Shown here: positions 52,149 to 62,549 of the stretch, piece by piece
How the letters are laid out: the number at the start of each line of letters is the position of its first letter
How positions within the stretch are numbered: position 1 is the stretch's first letter
Source of the DNA: a virus
Taxonomy: Duplodnaviria; Heunggongvirae; Uroviricota; Caudoviricetes
Direction: 5' to 3' (one strand)
DNA: 64,000 nt
IMG/VR virus record: IMGVR_UViG_3300032893_000003
Coordinates: 78,633-142,632 of that record
Notes under the pieces: generated by a model
The model's input: the letters and a program-made list of their open reading frames with translations, nothing else
The model's database searches: none
Told to the model about the DNA's origin: nothing
Made by a program: the position numbers and the translations under genes

Positions 52149-54158
52149 TTAATAGGAAATTTTTTCCCCGTCAACGCTAAGTTCCGTCGTAATCTTAAGT
52201 TTTCTCCAGTCTATTCGCTCACCTAGAAGAATAGCCTTATGGAACTCGGTCGGAAAGAGCGCTTGGCACTTCCGGATGAATCCGATAATGGCGTTATCTA
52301 ATAAGAACGTGACTGAGAAGTCTTTGTCGTTACGAGTACTGCGGCCGTACATTTGCCTGATAGCGGTTGCGGTCTTTGCATTATACCAAGGCCATCCACC
52401 AGGACCATTCACCTTCTTTTTTACAACAGCGTCCCCCAAGGATGGGTAAGGGCAGCGTGTAAAAATCTGAATGCGGCACAGATCGCCATCGAAGTCGTAA
52501 CCTTCGCGGCAAGCCGGCGTGATCAGGATGTAAGGCATATCGTCTTTAACGTCTGAATAATCTGCGATCATCTGTTTATTTTCCTCACCATTGTGAGGGC
52601 AGAGAACGCGGGTATTGCAGGGTTTGTAAGACAGATATTTGGAAAGCTCTTTCCCAAATGTGTAGCTATTGGTATGGACCAGAATTCGGTGATCGGGATA
52701 GGCGTCTGCAATCTCGCCGATAGAATCCGCAATTGGTTTATAAACAGCCACGGGATTTTCCTTAATGTTCTTGTGGCTTGCTGTCGCAACTCCCCACGGG
52801 ATGATGGGTCTATTCTGCACGGGGAATGTATCAGGAAGTGTGATAACTTTCGTTCGCGCGATATCGAGGCAAGTGCTTCTGCAAAAGACACTTATGTCTG
52901 CAATGGTCGCGGACATAAAAACATTGTGCTCGCCGTACACATCACGAAATGACTGTGGCAGATCGACGGGTGTTAGCTCAAGAAGAGGGTTTCTAAGTTC
53001 TAGTTTTTTCCCTTCTTCAGACTCAGGAAATGTCAGTGCTTTGGCGAAGTTTGCGCGGGGATCCATCGCGAGCTTAAAAATCTTATGATATTTAATAAGG
53101 CGGGCGGCACTTGAATCCTCGCCAAACTCTTCAGCAAATTCGGCGTACTCTTTAAACTTATCCTTAAGCCCAAAACTTTCCATGTTCTTTAACAAAGCAG
53201 TTTTGTTTATATCGTAAAGCTCTCTAAAGAAATCAGGTGACTCGACATTTTTACCACGAAATTCTACGTACTTCTTAGGAGACTTACCTAAGACTTTTTT
53301 GTAAAGCTCGTTAAGGCCAAAGTCAGTGATCGTTAACGCATAGAAATCCCTCGCATGGTCTTCGATATTGTGGCACTCATCAAAGATCATAAATGGGCGT
53401 GGCTTAAAAAACGGCGACTCCTTGGCGTGGGTATTCCACATGAAGTAACCTTTAAGGTTAAGTACGGCGATCGGAGACTCGGATGCTCTCTCCCTCGCTA
53501 CGCGATAAGGGCAGAGGCACTTATCGGTGCAAAGCCGCATTTGGTGCCCACCTGTCCATTCAGCCCGCGCATTTTTAGAGTACTGATACATCTCTCCATA
53601 AAGCGCACCCGTGGACAGTCCCATGTGGCTAGTTGCGTTATCCGTAACTTCCGCATCGAGATCGGCGTGGTCCGTTACGATAGGGTCGACTACAAGGCCG
53701 CTAGCGCCACGCATATTCTCTAAAGGCTTAAACTCAGTGTCGTAGCCTGTACAGGGCGCTGTATCGGCTCTAAGAGGCTTTCCGTTCTCTTCGTAAAGGG
53801 CGCAAGGATAGTTGGACTGTCCTTTAAAGGATCTAAGCTCACGGGTCTTTTTAAAGGAATCTACGACCTGTTTTTGAAGCTGCCTTGTCGGTGTAAGCAC
53901 CATTGAGGCAAAGCTTTGGTCTGCGACGGCGAGCCCCATTCCGACTGCAATACCTGACTTACCGCTACCCGTTGGTGCGACGACCAGGACATTGTCATAT
54001 TGACCAGAAGCGAAGGCAGTGAATATTTCAACTAGCGCATACCGCTGGTTTTCATAAAGTTCGTAGGGGAATCCAATTCTTTTACCGAGTTTATTTTTTA
54101 CAAATTCGATGGCGCGCTGATAATCAAATGAAGGTCCGAACAAGTTAGTGTCAGCCAT
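52149..54158 (-). CDS. XPD/Rad3/DinG-family (SF2, putative Fe-S) DNA helicase
   Basis: 669 aa with Walker A VVAPTGSGKSGIA, DEAH box MIFDECHNIED and a Cys cluster (CALYEE, APCTGYD, CTDKCLCPY) between motifs I and II. Confidence 0.7.
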   Translation of the reverse strand: MADTNLFGPSFDYQRAIEFVKNKLGKRIGFPYELYENQRYALVEIFTAFASGQYDNVLVVAPTGSGKSGIAVGMGLAVADQSFASMVLTPTRQLQKQVVDSFKKTRELRSFKGQSNYPCALYEENGKPLRADTAPCTGYDTEFKPLENMRGASGLVVDPIVTDHADLDAEVTDNATSHMGLSTGALYGEMYQYSKNARAEWTGGHQMRLCTDKCLCPYRVARERASESPIAVLNLKGYFMWNTHAKESPFFKPRPFMIFDECHNIEDHARDFYALTITDFGLNELYKKVLGKSPKKYVEFRGKNVESPDFFRELYDINKTALLKNMESFGLKDKFKEYAEFAEEFGEDSSAARLIKYHKIFKLAMDPRANFAKALTFPESEEGKKLELRNPLLELTPVDLPQSFRDVYGEHNVFMSATIADISVFCRSTCLDIARTKVITLPDTFPVQNRPIIPWGVATASHKNIKENPVAVYKPIADSIGEIADAYPDHRILVHTNSYTFGKELSKYLSYKPCNTRVLCPHNGEENKQMIADYSDVKDDMPYILITPACREGYDFDGDLCRIQIFTRCPYPSLGDAVVKKKVNGPGGWPWYNAKTATAIRQMYGRSTRNDKDFSVTFLLDNAIIGFIRKCQALFPTEFHKAILLGERIDWRKLKITTELSVDGEKISY
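52151..52169. promoter_or_regulatory. palindromic motif copy C (minus strand GGGAAAAAATTTCCTATTAAG) directly upstream of Fis-type paralog 2
   Basis: Same core as copies A, B and D. It is followed on the minus strand by a TATTAA -10-like hexamer. Confidence 0.5.
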
Positions 54159-54243
54159 GAGTTTCTCCGATGTTTGATTTACTAACTTATACCAGACTTC
54201 AGATAGGTAAAGAAAAAAGGGCCTCGTTAGAAGCCCTTTGTTT

Positions 54244-54459
54244 TTAGAGTTTGAAAACTCTCTTTGGATGAATGGTTTCAGAAGCGCGATAGACTTTCAC
54301 AAGCTGCGCCGTTTCGGGCAAAGCATTGACGAACTCCTCGGCCATGGGGCGGCTTGGACACTCCTCGATTTTAAGTCCATCTTGAGTGTCGTAGACGACC
54401 ACAAAGGTGTACGGATTTCGTGTGCGTTTTACTTCTTCGCTCGGGGCTGCTTGTTCCAT
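54244..54459 (-). CDS. hypothetical protein
   Basis: 71-aa ORF. Confidence 0.45.
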   Translation of the reverse strand: MEQAAPSEEVKRTRNPYTFVVVYDTQDGLKIEECPSRPMAEEFVNALPETAQLVKVYRASETIHPKRVFKL

Positions 54460-54470
54460 GTAAATCTCCT

Positions 54471-57400
54471 TTAGTTAGGTTTCTTGTTAGAACCTACATC
54501 AAAGGGGATTAGATTGTCATCCTCAACTCGCGCTTTTACCGTCTCTTTTTTATAGTCTATATCAAGCCCCAGGGCCTCAATACTGAGGGGCCAAACATTG
54601 ACTAAGTTCTTAGCCGGTCCGCGCACTTGGACTGAGTATTTGCCCGAATCACGCCTAATCTTCTCCTTAGCCATGAACCCATCATCATAGAGCTGTCTTG
54701 CGACGTGTCGTAGAGTCTGGGTATGGTTGCTATTCTTCCGTACCATCTCCGAGGCCATGCCGTGGGCGACCTGCGGGTAGATATAGATAATCCCAGGAGT
54801 TTTCTCGCGATAAAAGCCGATCTGGGTGGAGCTTGCACTGTCACGGATGTCGTTATAACCAGGCCATCCATAGACGATGCATTTGCTCGGGTTTTGGAGG
54901 AGCTCACGAAGAGCGTCCAAAAACACATTAGCTCCCGTGGCATGATCGATAGACTCAAAGATCGTGGTTCGCACAAGCTCCAAGTTTATCTTCTGCCGCC
55001 TGCAAAGCTCGTCGCGCTGAACTTCGGGGATTGCGCCTTCAGCCACCAGCATCTCCATACAGAGCCTAAAAGCCACCATGGCAAGAGTCAGGTTTTCACA
55101 AACCCGTTCCGGTCCAAGGTTTTTTTGCTTCTCTGTTACAGGTGCCATAAATTCGTTGTAGTAGGTGTCCCAGAGATCTTGAATCTCTTCAGACGACAAA
55201 TTTAAAACGAACTTGATGAAATAGGGTGTGAAGCCACAGTAGTCAGCCTTTCGCTTAACGACGCGGTTACCAGCCTCGTTGTTCCGGTTGTAGGGCACAT
55301 CAATGAGGAGCGTTCGAGAGATGACGCTTGCGTCACACTCGATAACATCTTCACCTGTGATTGCTACAAGCCCGCGGACACGGTCCGATCTTCGGCGAAG
55401 GTCACCCTGACGCTGGAGGGCTTGGCGACCATTTCGATCATAAGCGCCTTGGATGAACTGCGGGAATTCCTTACCCGTTGGGTCGGCCAAGTGCTTTTTA
55501 TAATCATCAATGAGCATCCAAGCGTGTCGGAAATTATAGCCATTTCCAAGCCGCGCTTTTGATGTCGTGTTAGCACTTTGGGTAAAGTCGAATTTACCAA
55601 AGAAGTTCTGCACAACACTTGCGACAAATGTTTTACCACCAGACTGACTTCCACCAAGCCACAAAACAGGCGCTTTGGTGTAACCGACAGAAGCTTGGAT
55701 CTGTGGAATGATGGCAGCGGCCATAGCATGGGCAAATGTCGTCATCGTAAGAACAGAGTTATTGCAGTTGAAAAAGTCAGTCACAATATGATTTGCTAAA
55801 TCTTTAAACTCCTCATGAGAGAGAAGCTTAAAGTCCAAACCTTTAGACAGATCGTCTTCAAACGGCACAACAACAAGCTCTTCGTTTTGACGAACAGCAT
55901 CTTTATCAATGACAACAGAAGGCATTACATAAACGAACTGACCGTTAAAGCGGTGGTGTCCGATCTGCCTAGAGGCTTGCCTTGTTACCATCTCTTTATT
56001 GAAGTTCTTAAGACACAGCCGAATGTGGTCGTAGTCACTCCTAAAATGCACAGCCGAAATTCCACCATGCTGCGAGATCCACTTGAAAAATGCGTCAGGG
56101 GTCCCAAGATCACGATGAGTTGCTGTTGCCGGACGTTTGTGACCATCGACATACGCTGTAATTTTATAGCGCCTATCTTCAGCCACAAGGCAATCGCTTA
56201 AATCGTCGGAATCATTGGCTCTGACTTCAATATGTTCCTCAAGGAACTGCAGATGGTAATTCGTAATGGGGGTCTCGCAAGGGCGTCCCTGAGAATCGCG
56301 CCAGATCATAATGTAATGACCATCTTTTAGCACGTAATCTCGACCGCCGTAGCTAAAACTTGGATTTGTGCTTTTAGCCTTCTCGGTTTTGGTGCTTGCC
56401 TTTGCGAGCTTAAAATTCTTTTCCTTTTGATTGAGTTCGCGCACACCCATCCACTTATTTAAAGTGACGTAGGACTTAACGCTCTCCCAATCCTTCGGAT
56501 CCTCAAAGCTTAAGGCACGGTCTAAAAGACCATCAATCCGTTCCTGTGGGTTTGTGTGAACAAATCCCGTTGGCGGTGGTGGTTTTTCTTTGTCGTCCTT
56601 TTTAATCTTGTGCTTCTTGGAGGATTCCTTAAGCGCCCTGAAGATTTCAGCTAGGCGCTCTTTAATGTCATCAATCGTTAGGTTTCTATCTGTTGCGTAT
56701 CGGATAGGGCTAGGTTCCGGCCACTGTTCCTCAGATAGACCATCTGGATTGACGACGCGCTGTCCATTTTCATAGACAACTGGCGGCAATTTTTTCATAC
56801 AATGATTGCCGCATTTTGGATGTTTGCCAACATGGCAAACCCTGTGATCTTGCATCCACTTACAGGTGACTGGGGTGTATCCCGTCGCCTTTGCATGCTC
56901 GATCTGTTGGTTTGTCTTTGACGACGGCCAGCGAGTTTTAAGAGCCTCTTCCCCATCGGTTGTGGAAAGAGCAATCATCATGCTTGCAACACGAGCGTCG
57001 TGAAACAAACCTTCAGGCCGTTCCTGATCCCAGAGAACTTTACCTTTTTCATCCTTTTGCCAGTATTCTTTAAGCGCAGGACACGCCTCGACCACGTTCC
57101 AAAAACTTCCAAAGGGCTTTGCTGGCTTTTCAGTTCCCTCCGCTTTGCCGGCAGCAACGCGAGCTTGCTTTGGGCTACGACTAGCAGGAGCAGCAAGGAT
57201 TTCAATGTTCTTATCCTTTAAGACCTGCTCAAAAGTCTCCCGGGCAATCGGCACGATGCTTTCAAGGTAAGGCCACTGTTTGTCTAAAGGCAGCGGTTCC
57301 CCGTCGTCATCGACCCAGCAGTTTCTTCCCTCGCGCATCTTTGTTTCCATCATTGGAACTTTGATGCCGTTTCCGGTCGAGCCGCTAAATACGGTTTGCT

Positions 57401-57986
57401 TTGGGAACACCTCCGGTAGCCCTACCGAAGGGTTTAGATTATATCGTTGATATAATCCAAGCTCTTCAAAGAGGTAACGGATATAGCTTGAAAATTCGTG
57501 AGGCTTTACAAAGTCAGAAAAGAACCAGTAAAGATGAAAGCCTTTCTGGGTTGACTTGGCAATATGGCACTGAATGCCGCAGCTAACGCTGAGATCACGC
57601 ACCATTTTTGCATCTTCAAAGGTATTGCCTTTGTCGAAGTCAGCCGCACCAAAGCGGATACCCTCTTCGCGAAGCATGAGCAGGATCATCTCTTGCTCGC
57701 CTGAGAGGTGCTTCCAAACCTCTTCATCAGTGACGGGCTTATACTTACGACTGTCGCAGGTGGCGCAGCCGCCACCTTTATTCTGGGTGAGTAGGCACAC
57801 AGATATGTCACCATAGTTACCACACGCCGGCATAGCGTGTGTTTTCTCCTGGAGCTTTACTTCTCCAGTGAGCTTATCTTCTTTAGTGACCATCTGGGGG
57901 CTTCGGATCAGGAATCGATCCTCGCGGGCAACGAACTTGCTTCTAAATAAATCTACTTTCTTCTTCCATGGAGGACTTACTGTCAT
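54471..57986 (-). CDS. DNA primase-helicase: N-terminal archaeo-eukaryotic primase (PrimPol-like) fused to a C-terminal D5/SF3-type helicase
   Basis: 1171 aa. AEP motifs are GAADFD (hhDhD) and STQKGFHLYWFF (sG.H). The Walker A GGSQSGGKTF lies in the C-terminal third. Confidence 0.8.
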   Translation of the reverse strand: MTVSPPWKKKVDLFRSKFVAREDRFLIRSPQMVTKEDKLTGEVKLQEKTHAMPACGNYGDISVCLLTQNKGGGCATCDSRKYKPVTDEEVWKHLSGEQEMILLMLREEGIRFGAADFDKGNTFEDAKMVRDLSVSCGIQCHIAKSTQKGFHLYWFFSDFVKPHEFSSYIRYLFEELGLYQRYNLNPSVGLPEVFPKQTVFSGSTGNGIKVPMMETKMREGRNCWVDDDGEPLPLDKQWPYLESIVPIARETFEQVLKDKNIEILAAPASRSPKQARVAAGKAEGTEKPAKPFGSFWNVVEACPALKEYWQKDEKGKVLWDQERPEGLFHDARVASMMIALSTTDGEEALKTRWPSSKTNQQIEHAKATGYTPVTCKWMQDHRVCHVGKHPKCGNHCMKKLPPVVYENGQRVVNPDGLSEEQWPEPSPIRYATDRNLTIDDIKERLAEIFRALKESSKKHKIKKDDKEKPPPPTGFVHTNPQERIDGLLDRALSFEDPKDWESVKSYVTLNKWMGVRELNQKEKNFKLAKASTKTEKAKSTNPSFSYGGRDYVLKDGHYIMIWRDSQGRPCETPITNYHLQFLEEHIEVRANDSDDLSDCLVAEDRRYKITAYVDGHKRPATATHRDLGTPDAFFKWISQHGGISAVHFRSDYDHIRLCLKNFNKEMVTRQASRQIGHHRFNGQFVYVMPSVVIDKDAVRQNEELVVVPFEDDLSKGLDFKLLSHEEFKDLANHIVTDFFNCNNSVLTMTTFAHAMAAAIIPQIQASVGYTKAPVLWLGGSQSGGKTFVASVVQNFFGKFDFTQSANTTSKARLGNGYNFRHAWMLIDDYKKHLADPTGKEFPQFIQGAYDRNGRQALQRQGDLRRRSDRVRGLVAITGEDVIECDASVISRTLLIDVPYNRNNEAGNRVVKRKADYCGFTPYFIKFVLNLSSEEIQDLWDTYYNEFMAPVTEKQKNLGPERVCENLTLAMVAFRLCMEMLVAEGAIPEVQRDELCRRQKINLELVRTTIFESIDHATGANVFLDALRELLQNPSKCIVYGWPGYNDIRDSASSTQIGFYREKTPGIIYIYPQVAHGMASEMVRKNSNHTQTLRHVARQLYDDGFMAKEKIRRDSGKYSVQVRGPAKNLVNVWPLSIEALGLDIDYKKETVKARVEDDNLIPFDVGSNKKPN

Positions 57987-58029
57987 GTGGCTCCCTTCGT
58001 CGAGAATAACAGACCTTAGGTTAAATCTC

Positions 58030-60084
58030 TCATAACCGAGATTTTCCCTTTTTTATCAATCGGTCTGTCAGGTCTTGAACCAAGCCAGGTACGTCGACCT
58101 CAGCCCTGAATAAGATATCCCTGCCTTTTTCTTTTTCTTTAACGACAGCAAATAGATCATGGTCGATTGTTTCACCACCATCGATAAGTGTCGCAAGACT
58201 ATGAATGACGAAGATATTATTTTTCTGGCCGAGTCGTTCGATCCTCTTGGCTACCTGATAATAGTATTCAAAGTTGTAATCGAACGAAAGGAAAAAAAGA
58301 TAACTGGACGCGGTGAGAGTTAGACCATGCGCTGCGGCTGCAGGTTGCAGTACCATGATCTTATATTTGTCGGTCCGCTGAAAATCAGTAACGCGTTCAT
58401 CGCGGTGCTCGACCTTGACGCGGCCGTCGATGTGCGTGATTCCATAATGCTTATAGCGTTCAAGCACTGTGTTGATCTCTTCAGTGAACTGGCAAGACAG
58501 CACTAATTTGTTGTCACCGAAATCTTCAAGGAAATCATCGAGGTCTTCAAGCTTTGGATTTGTTTTGAAAACACCTTTGATCCCTTCTTCACCCACCATG
58601 AATCCAGAGGTTATCTGCCTGAGCTTCATGAGTTTGGACAGCGTGTTAACAGCTTCAGCCCGGACTTGCTGAGCTGTCCTGGCATCTGTAAACTCCGCAA
58701 TCAATTCATGTTCCATTTCGAGGTAAGCATCCTGTTGCTCCTTTGTCATGCACACTTCGCGGATAAGATCCGTGCGCGGCGGAAGGTCGATACAATCCCG
58801 CTGATTTTTAAAGACTCCAGTACGCTTAACGCGCGCTAGAAGTCTATCCCTGTCAGCGTTTGAACGAATTTTCCACTCGATTGCGTCTTTTCCTCCAAAG
58901 TGCCCCACCCGTATGGGCGTGAAGTACTCAGATAAGAAGTCCTTCATCGAGGCTTCAAGGGTCAGCCCGCGGTCAAGGAAATAGAATTGCCCCCACAGAT
59001 CGATGAGACCGTTGGGATTCGGGGTGCCTGTCAAGATAGTGCGCTTCTTACATTTCCAACTGATGTCTACATGAGCACTAAAATTGTCGGAAGATGGATT
59101 TTTAACCTTCGTAGATTCATCAATCACGACCCAAGCAAATTCGTGTGCTTTTAAAAGCTCTCGATAATTTTTAACACCATCATGATTGATGATGAAAAGA
59201 TCGTATGCGGGATCTTGAAGCATCTCACGTATCTTGTTTTTCTTTGTCTCCTCTTTCCTCACCGTTCTACCCATCACTGGCCCAAAAGGCTTTTCTTCAC
59301 CGTTGAGGTTAATCCCTACTTGCACTTTGGCTTTAAACTTCGTCCAAGGGCCCAAGGCTTTAGTGATCGTATTTAGCTCGGTCGCGATGTCGCCGGCTGC
59401 GTTTCTAAAGAACACTTTAGTTTTCTTCTTAACGGTCACCGCGTCAGCAGGCTTAGGACCCAAGTCATGGAGCTGGACTTCCTCACTTCCTAAAATATCT
59501 TTGTTGCTCTCCTTTGCGCGCAGCACACACGGCTTTAAGTTTGTGAACTGTTCAATATCTTGAATCCAGCTCGTCTTGATAATTGAGAGCGGGACAGAAA
59601 CAAGAATCTTCCCGCGCATCACTTCACCGCGCTCGAGCGCGAGTTCGATAGCCCTAGCTGTGCTAGCAGTCTTTCCAGTTCCGCAATCAAGGATGATTGG
59701 GGAAAAGGGATTTTCCTTTAGAACACTGATAGCTAAAGTCTGGTGCGCCCGCGGGTTAAATTTTCCGTTAGGCTCGACTGGATGCCAATCTGTGCGATTA
59801 AGCTCCACTACACGAGCAGTTGCCCGATTATATGAAGCGAGATTCTCACGTTCTTTATCCATAAAAAAAGACCCGCCGCGAAGGATAGGTCTCTTTGGTC
59901 CCGTGAAGATGGAATAGATACGCTGAAAATTAAGCGCGCCCAAGGCGTACTCAAATACGCCTGGACGCTCACTTACCACACTACCAGTCAAATGCTCGGC
60001 TATTGGCCAATCAGCCGGATCATCAACCTGGAGAAATATTCTCAGTTTCCCCTGGCTGTTTTTCTTGATCTCCACTGTGTTCAT
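58030..60084 (-). CDS. SNF2/Rad54-family helicase
   Basis: 684 aa with motif I LDCGTGKT, motif II VVIDESTKVKNP and motif VI QVAKRIERLGQ. Confidence 0.8.
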   Translation of the reverse strand: MNTVEIKKNSQGKLRIFLQVDDPADWPIAEHLTGSVVSERPGVFEYALGALNFQRIYSIFTGPKRPILRGGSFFMDKERENLASYNRATARVVELNRTDWHPVEPNGKFNPRAHQTLAISVLKENPFSPIILDCGTGKTASTARAIELALERGEVMRGKILVSVPLSIIKTSWIQDIEQFTNLKPCVLRAKESNKDILGSEEVQLHDLGPKPADAVTVKKKTKVFFRNAAGDIATELNTITKALGPWTKFKAKVQVGINLNGEEKPFGPVMGRTVRKEETKKNKIREMLQDPAYDLFIINHDGVKNYRELLKAHEFAWVVIDESTKVKNPSSDNFSAHVDISWKCKKRTILTGTPNPNGLIDLWGQFYFLDRGLTLEASMKDFLSEYFTPIRVGHFGGKDAIEWKIRSNADRDRLLARVKRTGVFKNQRDCIDLPPRTDLIREVCMTKEQQDAYLEMEHELIAEFTDARTAQQVRAEAVNTLSKLMKLRQITSGFMVGEEGIKGVFKTNPKLEDLDDFLEDFGDNKLVLSCQFTEEINTVLERYKHYGITHIDGRVKVEHRDERVTDFQRTDKYKIMVLQPAAAAHGLTLTASSYLFFLSFDYNFEYYYQVAKRIERLGQKNNIFVIHSLATLIDGGETIDHDLFAVVKEKEKGRDILFRAEVDVPGLVQDLTDRLIKKGKSRL

Positions 60085-60445
60085 CGGTTCTCCTTAAAAA
60101 TTTTTTCATTTCCTCTTGTGCAGCTCTGTTGAGCTTATCGAGGTATGCTTGAGCTCTGTTACGAACAGCCACAGCATTTAGAAAAACTTGATCACTCGTC
60201 TTTCCTGGCACAGCCCCGTTGTGCAGAATAATCATCTCTTGAAGAGCTTGGATTAGACCTCTCATGAGAAGAGTTTTTTCGGCTTCGCTGCGAGCATTTT
60301 TAAACGCTTGCTGCACTATAGTAAAATTAGTCTCCTCTTGGGATTCTTCCAATATTTTTATAGTGTTTTCTAAAGAAGCAACCTGCTCTGGAAGTTGCGT
60401 GATTACGCGAAGCAGATTTGTAAACCTAAAGCCGCGTATATTCAT
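60023..60445 (-). CDS. hypothetical protein
   Basis: 140-aa ORF. Confidence 0.45.
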   Translation of the reverse strand: MNIRGFRFTNLLRVITQLPEQVASLENTIKILEESQEETNFTIVQQAFKNARSEAEKTLLMRGLIQALQEMIILHNGAVPGKTSDQVFLNAVAVRNRAQAYLDKLNRAAQEEMKKFLRRTDEHSGDQEKQPGETENISPG

Positions 60446-60672
60446 GACTTCACCAATCCCGTCGGCTTATAAGTTTTAAGATCAATCTTTTCTAAGCCAA
60501 CGCCTGTAACAAACTCAGCAAGCTTTTCAATCTCTCCGTACAAGGCTCGCTCGGTCATCTCTAGAGTCTCTGGATGACGTACGCGGAAACAAAACTCGTC
60601 ATTTTTAAATTCAGCGACCTCTAGAATTTCTCCTGTCCTCGCTCTGTAGACATCTCCAATGTTATAGCTCAT
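60442..60672 (-). CDS. hypothetical protein
   Basis: 76-aa ORF. Confidence 0.45.
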   Translation of the reverse strand: MSYNIGDVYRARTGEILEVAEFKNDEFCFRVRHPETLEMTERALYGEIEKLAEFVTGVGLEKIDLKTYKPTGLVKS

Positions 60673-60941
60673 TTTAACTCCCTATATTTAAAGCCTTTGC
60701 GATCGCCTATACGCCTTTTAAGACAGCGCTTGATATCAAGCTCATAAGCTTTTTGGATCGCGTTCCATTTTTTCTTGTCCGTGAATTGTAGGTCATAACC
60801 GAAGCTTAAATAGAGATCTAAAAGTCCCTTATCTATGCCCTGCTCGTGCATTAAATGAAGAGCGGCGTATTCTGCACGAATACCCCACTCAAAATTAACA
60901 CCCATAAATAGTTGGCTTCTTCGGCTTTGATTGAATATCAA
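60669..60941 (-). CDS. hypothetical protein
   Basis: 90-aa ORF. Confidence 0.45.
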   Translation of the reverse strand: MIFNQSRRSQLFMGVNFEWGIRAEYAALHLMHEQGIDKGLLDLYLSFGYDLQFTDKKKWNAIQKAYELDIKRCLKRRIGDRKGFKYRELK

Positions 60942-61080
60942 GCTTATATCCCAACTTAAAGGCTATAGCTGCAAGTTCAGTGAGCTTGATATTTTCATTA
61001 AGATGAACCGTTATTGGTACCATAAATGTAAATGCTTTTAACTGCGGTGCTTTTACTTTCTTTTTCTTTCCCTTTTTCAT
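60895..61080 (-). CDS. hypothetical basic protein
   Basis: 61-aa Lys-rich ORF. Confidence 0.35.
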   Translation of the reverse strand: MKKGKKKKVKAPQLKAFTFMVPITVHLNENIKLTELAAIAFKLGYKLDIQSKPKKPTIYGC

Positions 61081-61122
61081 TTTTGTCCACTCCCTCCGTG
61101 CCCAACCTTCTTAGGATTGGAT

Positions 61123-61425
61123 TTACCTGGCCTGCGCCATTTGCTCTGTTTTGCTTTTCTTCGGTCGCGTTTTGTTTGTCGTTTTCGGTTTTCCTTGCTC
61201 ATCTTTTCTCCTTTTCATTACAATTATGTGCCCTGAGTCAGCGATTTTGAGCTCAGGCTCTCCTGGAATGCCTTCAATAAAGTTTGCCCACACATACTGC
61301 GCCCAGACGGCGTCCTCTAATGAATCAAACTCTAGATCAAGATCTCCTCTTTCGCCTTCGTCCATCCAGTAGAGATCGCAACCATCAAAACAAAATATTC
61401 CTATTTCCATTAAATCCTCCCCCAT
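61123..61425 (-). CDS. hypothetical protein
   Basis: 100-aa ORF with an acidic N-terminus and a basic tail. Confidence 0.4.
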   Translation of the reverse strand: MGEDLMEIGIFCFDGCDLYWMDEGERGDLDLEFDSLEDAVWAQYVWANFIEGIPGEPELKIADSGHIIVMKRRKDEQGKPKTTNKTRPKKSKTEQMAQAR

Positions 61426-62084
61426 GCAGTTGGTATCGGTACATTTGGCATTTGTCTTTCAGCTTGCGCGGCCGGTAGCAGTGCTACGACCGATCCTGGT
61501 CTTGCAAGTTCAGAATGCCGCGGATGATAATCACACGTTATCTTTTCGCAAGACATACAACGTTGCCCGCTACCTGTCTCTCTGATCCGCGGCTGATCGC
61601 TGTGAGCTCTACAATAATTACATACAAAATCCATGCGGCTGTGACCAGACTTATCAAAAAGCTCGACCTGCTTAGTGCAATAGTCAGCAGGAAAGCGCCC
61701 GCCGCATGAAGCGCAGGTCTCTGTTTCCTCTTGATCGGTGACTTCAATCTTTTCGTTTGGCACAACGAGCTTATTTTTATATATCCAGCACTGAAGTTCG
61801 TGCAGCTCATTTGCTTTTATCCGCACAGAATCGTGTCGTCCCTGCCCTGCTTTAAAGTAAGTTTTTAAAATAGAAGCTGGCTTAGGTTCAACGCCGAGTA
61901 ATTTAAATAAGACTCTAAGACCTGCTTCTGTCTTAAAGAACGCTGTCGCGAGTCTCCCGATAAGCTTCATGTCCTCGATGGATAATCGCCCTCCGGCTTC
62001 CATTAAATTTCCATACACAAAATCGCAGAAATCTTTAGACGCTCCTGGGAGGGTCTTCTCTAACTCTATCCGACGACCGTTCAT
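61410..62084 (-). CDS. multi-zinc-ribbon protein
   Basis: 224 aa with CASCGG, CNYCRAH and CMSCEKITCDYH. Confidence 0.5.
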   Translation of the reverse strand: MNGRRIELEKTLPGASKDFCDFVYGNLMEAGGRLSIEDMKLIGRLATAFFKTEAGLRVLFKLLGVEPKPASILKTYFKAGQGRHDSVRIKANELHELQCWIYKNKLVVPNEKIEVTDQEETETCASCGGRFPADYCTKQVELFDKSGHSRMDFVCNYCRAHSDQPRIRETGSGQRCMSCEKITCDYHPRHSELARPGSVVALLPAAQAERQMPNVPIPTAWGRI

Positions 62085-62484
62085 TTTCTTCCCCTTCGGT
62101 TATAAAGAGCGATGGTACGTGTTTACCACCAGCTGCTAAAAATTCATGATATTGGCTGGCTATTTTTCCAATTTTGATAGCCATCATTACCACTGAACTT
62201 ATATCCGAAACGGGAACATTTTTGGCTGAGATTGTCTCAATAATGTTGAGAGCATCGTTCATTATAAAGTTAGCTTTAGTGATCGGCATATCGAGAATGG
62301 CTTGATAGAGCTGAGGTGCGTTTTGAATGCGCTCCATCTGCTCTGAAAGGGGCAGTGGATATTTAAACTCCATGATCGCTTCGCCGAAACTATAGCCACA
62401 AGCAGGACATTTATCTGGACGTTTGGGGGATGTGAGAGGTGCCTCGCAATGCGGGCATTCATAGACCGTTTTTACGGAAGCCAT
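62035..62484 (-). CDS. zinc-ribbon protein
   Basis: Contains CPHCEA...CPACG. The tool start at 62502 is TTG; I used the ATG at 62484 with a GGAGA RBS. Confidence 0.5.
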   Translation of the reverse strand: MASVKTVYECPHCEAPLTSPKRPDKCPACGYSFGEAIMEFKYPLPLSEQMERIQNAPQLYQAILDMPITKANFIMNDALNIIETISAKNVPVSDISSVVMMAIKIGKIASQYHEFLAAGGKHVPSLFITEGEENERSSDRVREDPPRSV

Positions 62485-62495
62485 TAAATCTCCAA

Positions 62496-62524
62496 TTGCC
62501 AATGAGGCAAAAATTTCCTATTAT
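62496..62524 (+). promoter_or_regulatory. sigma70-like promoter (-35 TTGCCA, 17-nt spacer, -10 TATTAT) carrying palindromic motif copy D (AGGCAAAAATTTCCTATTAT)
   Basis: It lies 26 nt upstream of the plus-strand gene 62550, at the divergent junction with the minus-strand block. Confidence 0.6.
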
Positions 62525-62549
62525 GAATTTTATCTTAAAGGAGATATAA

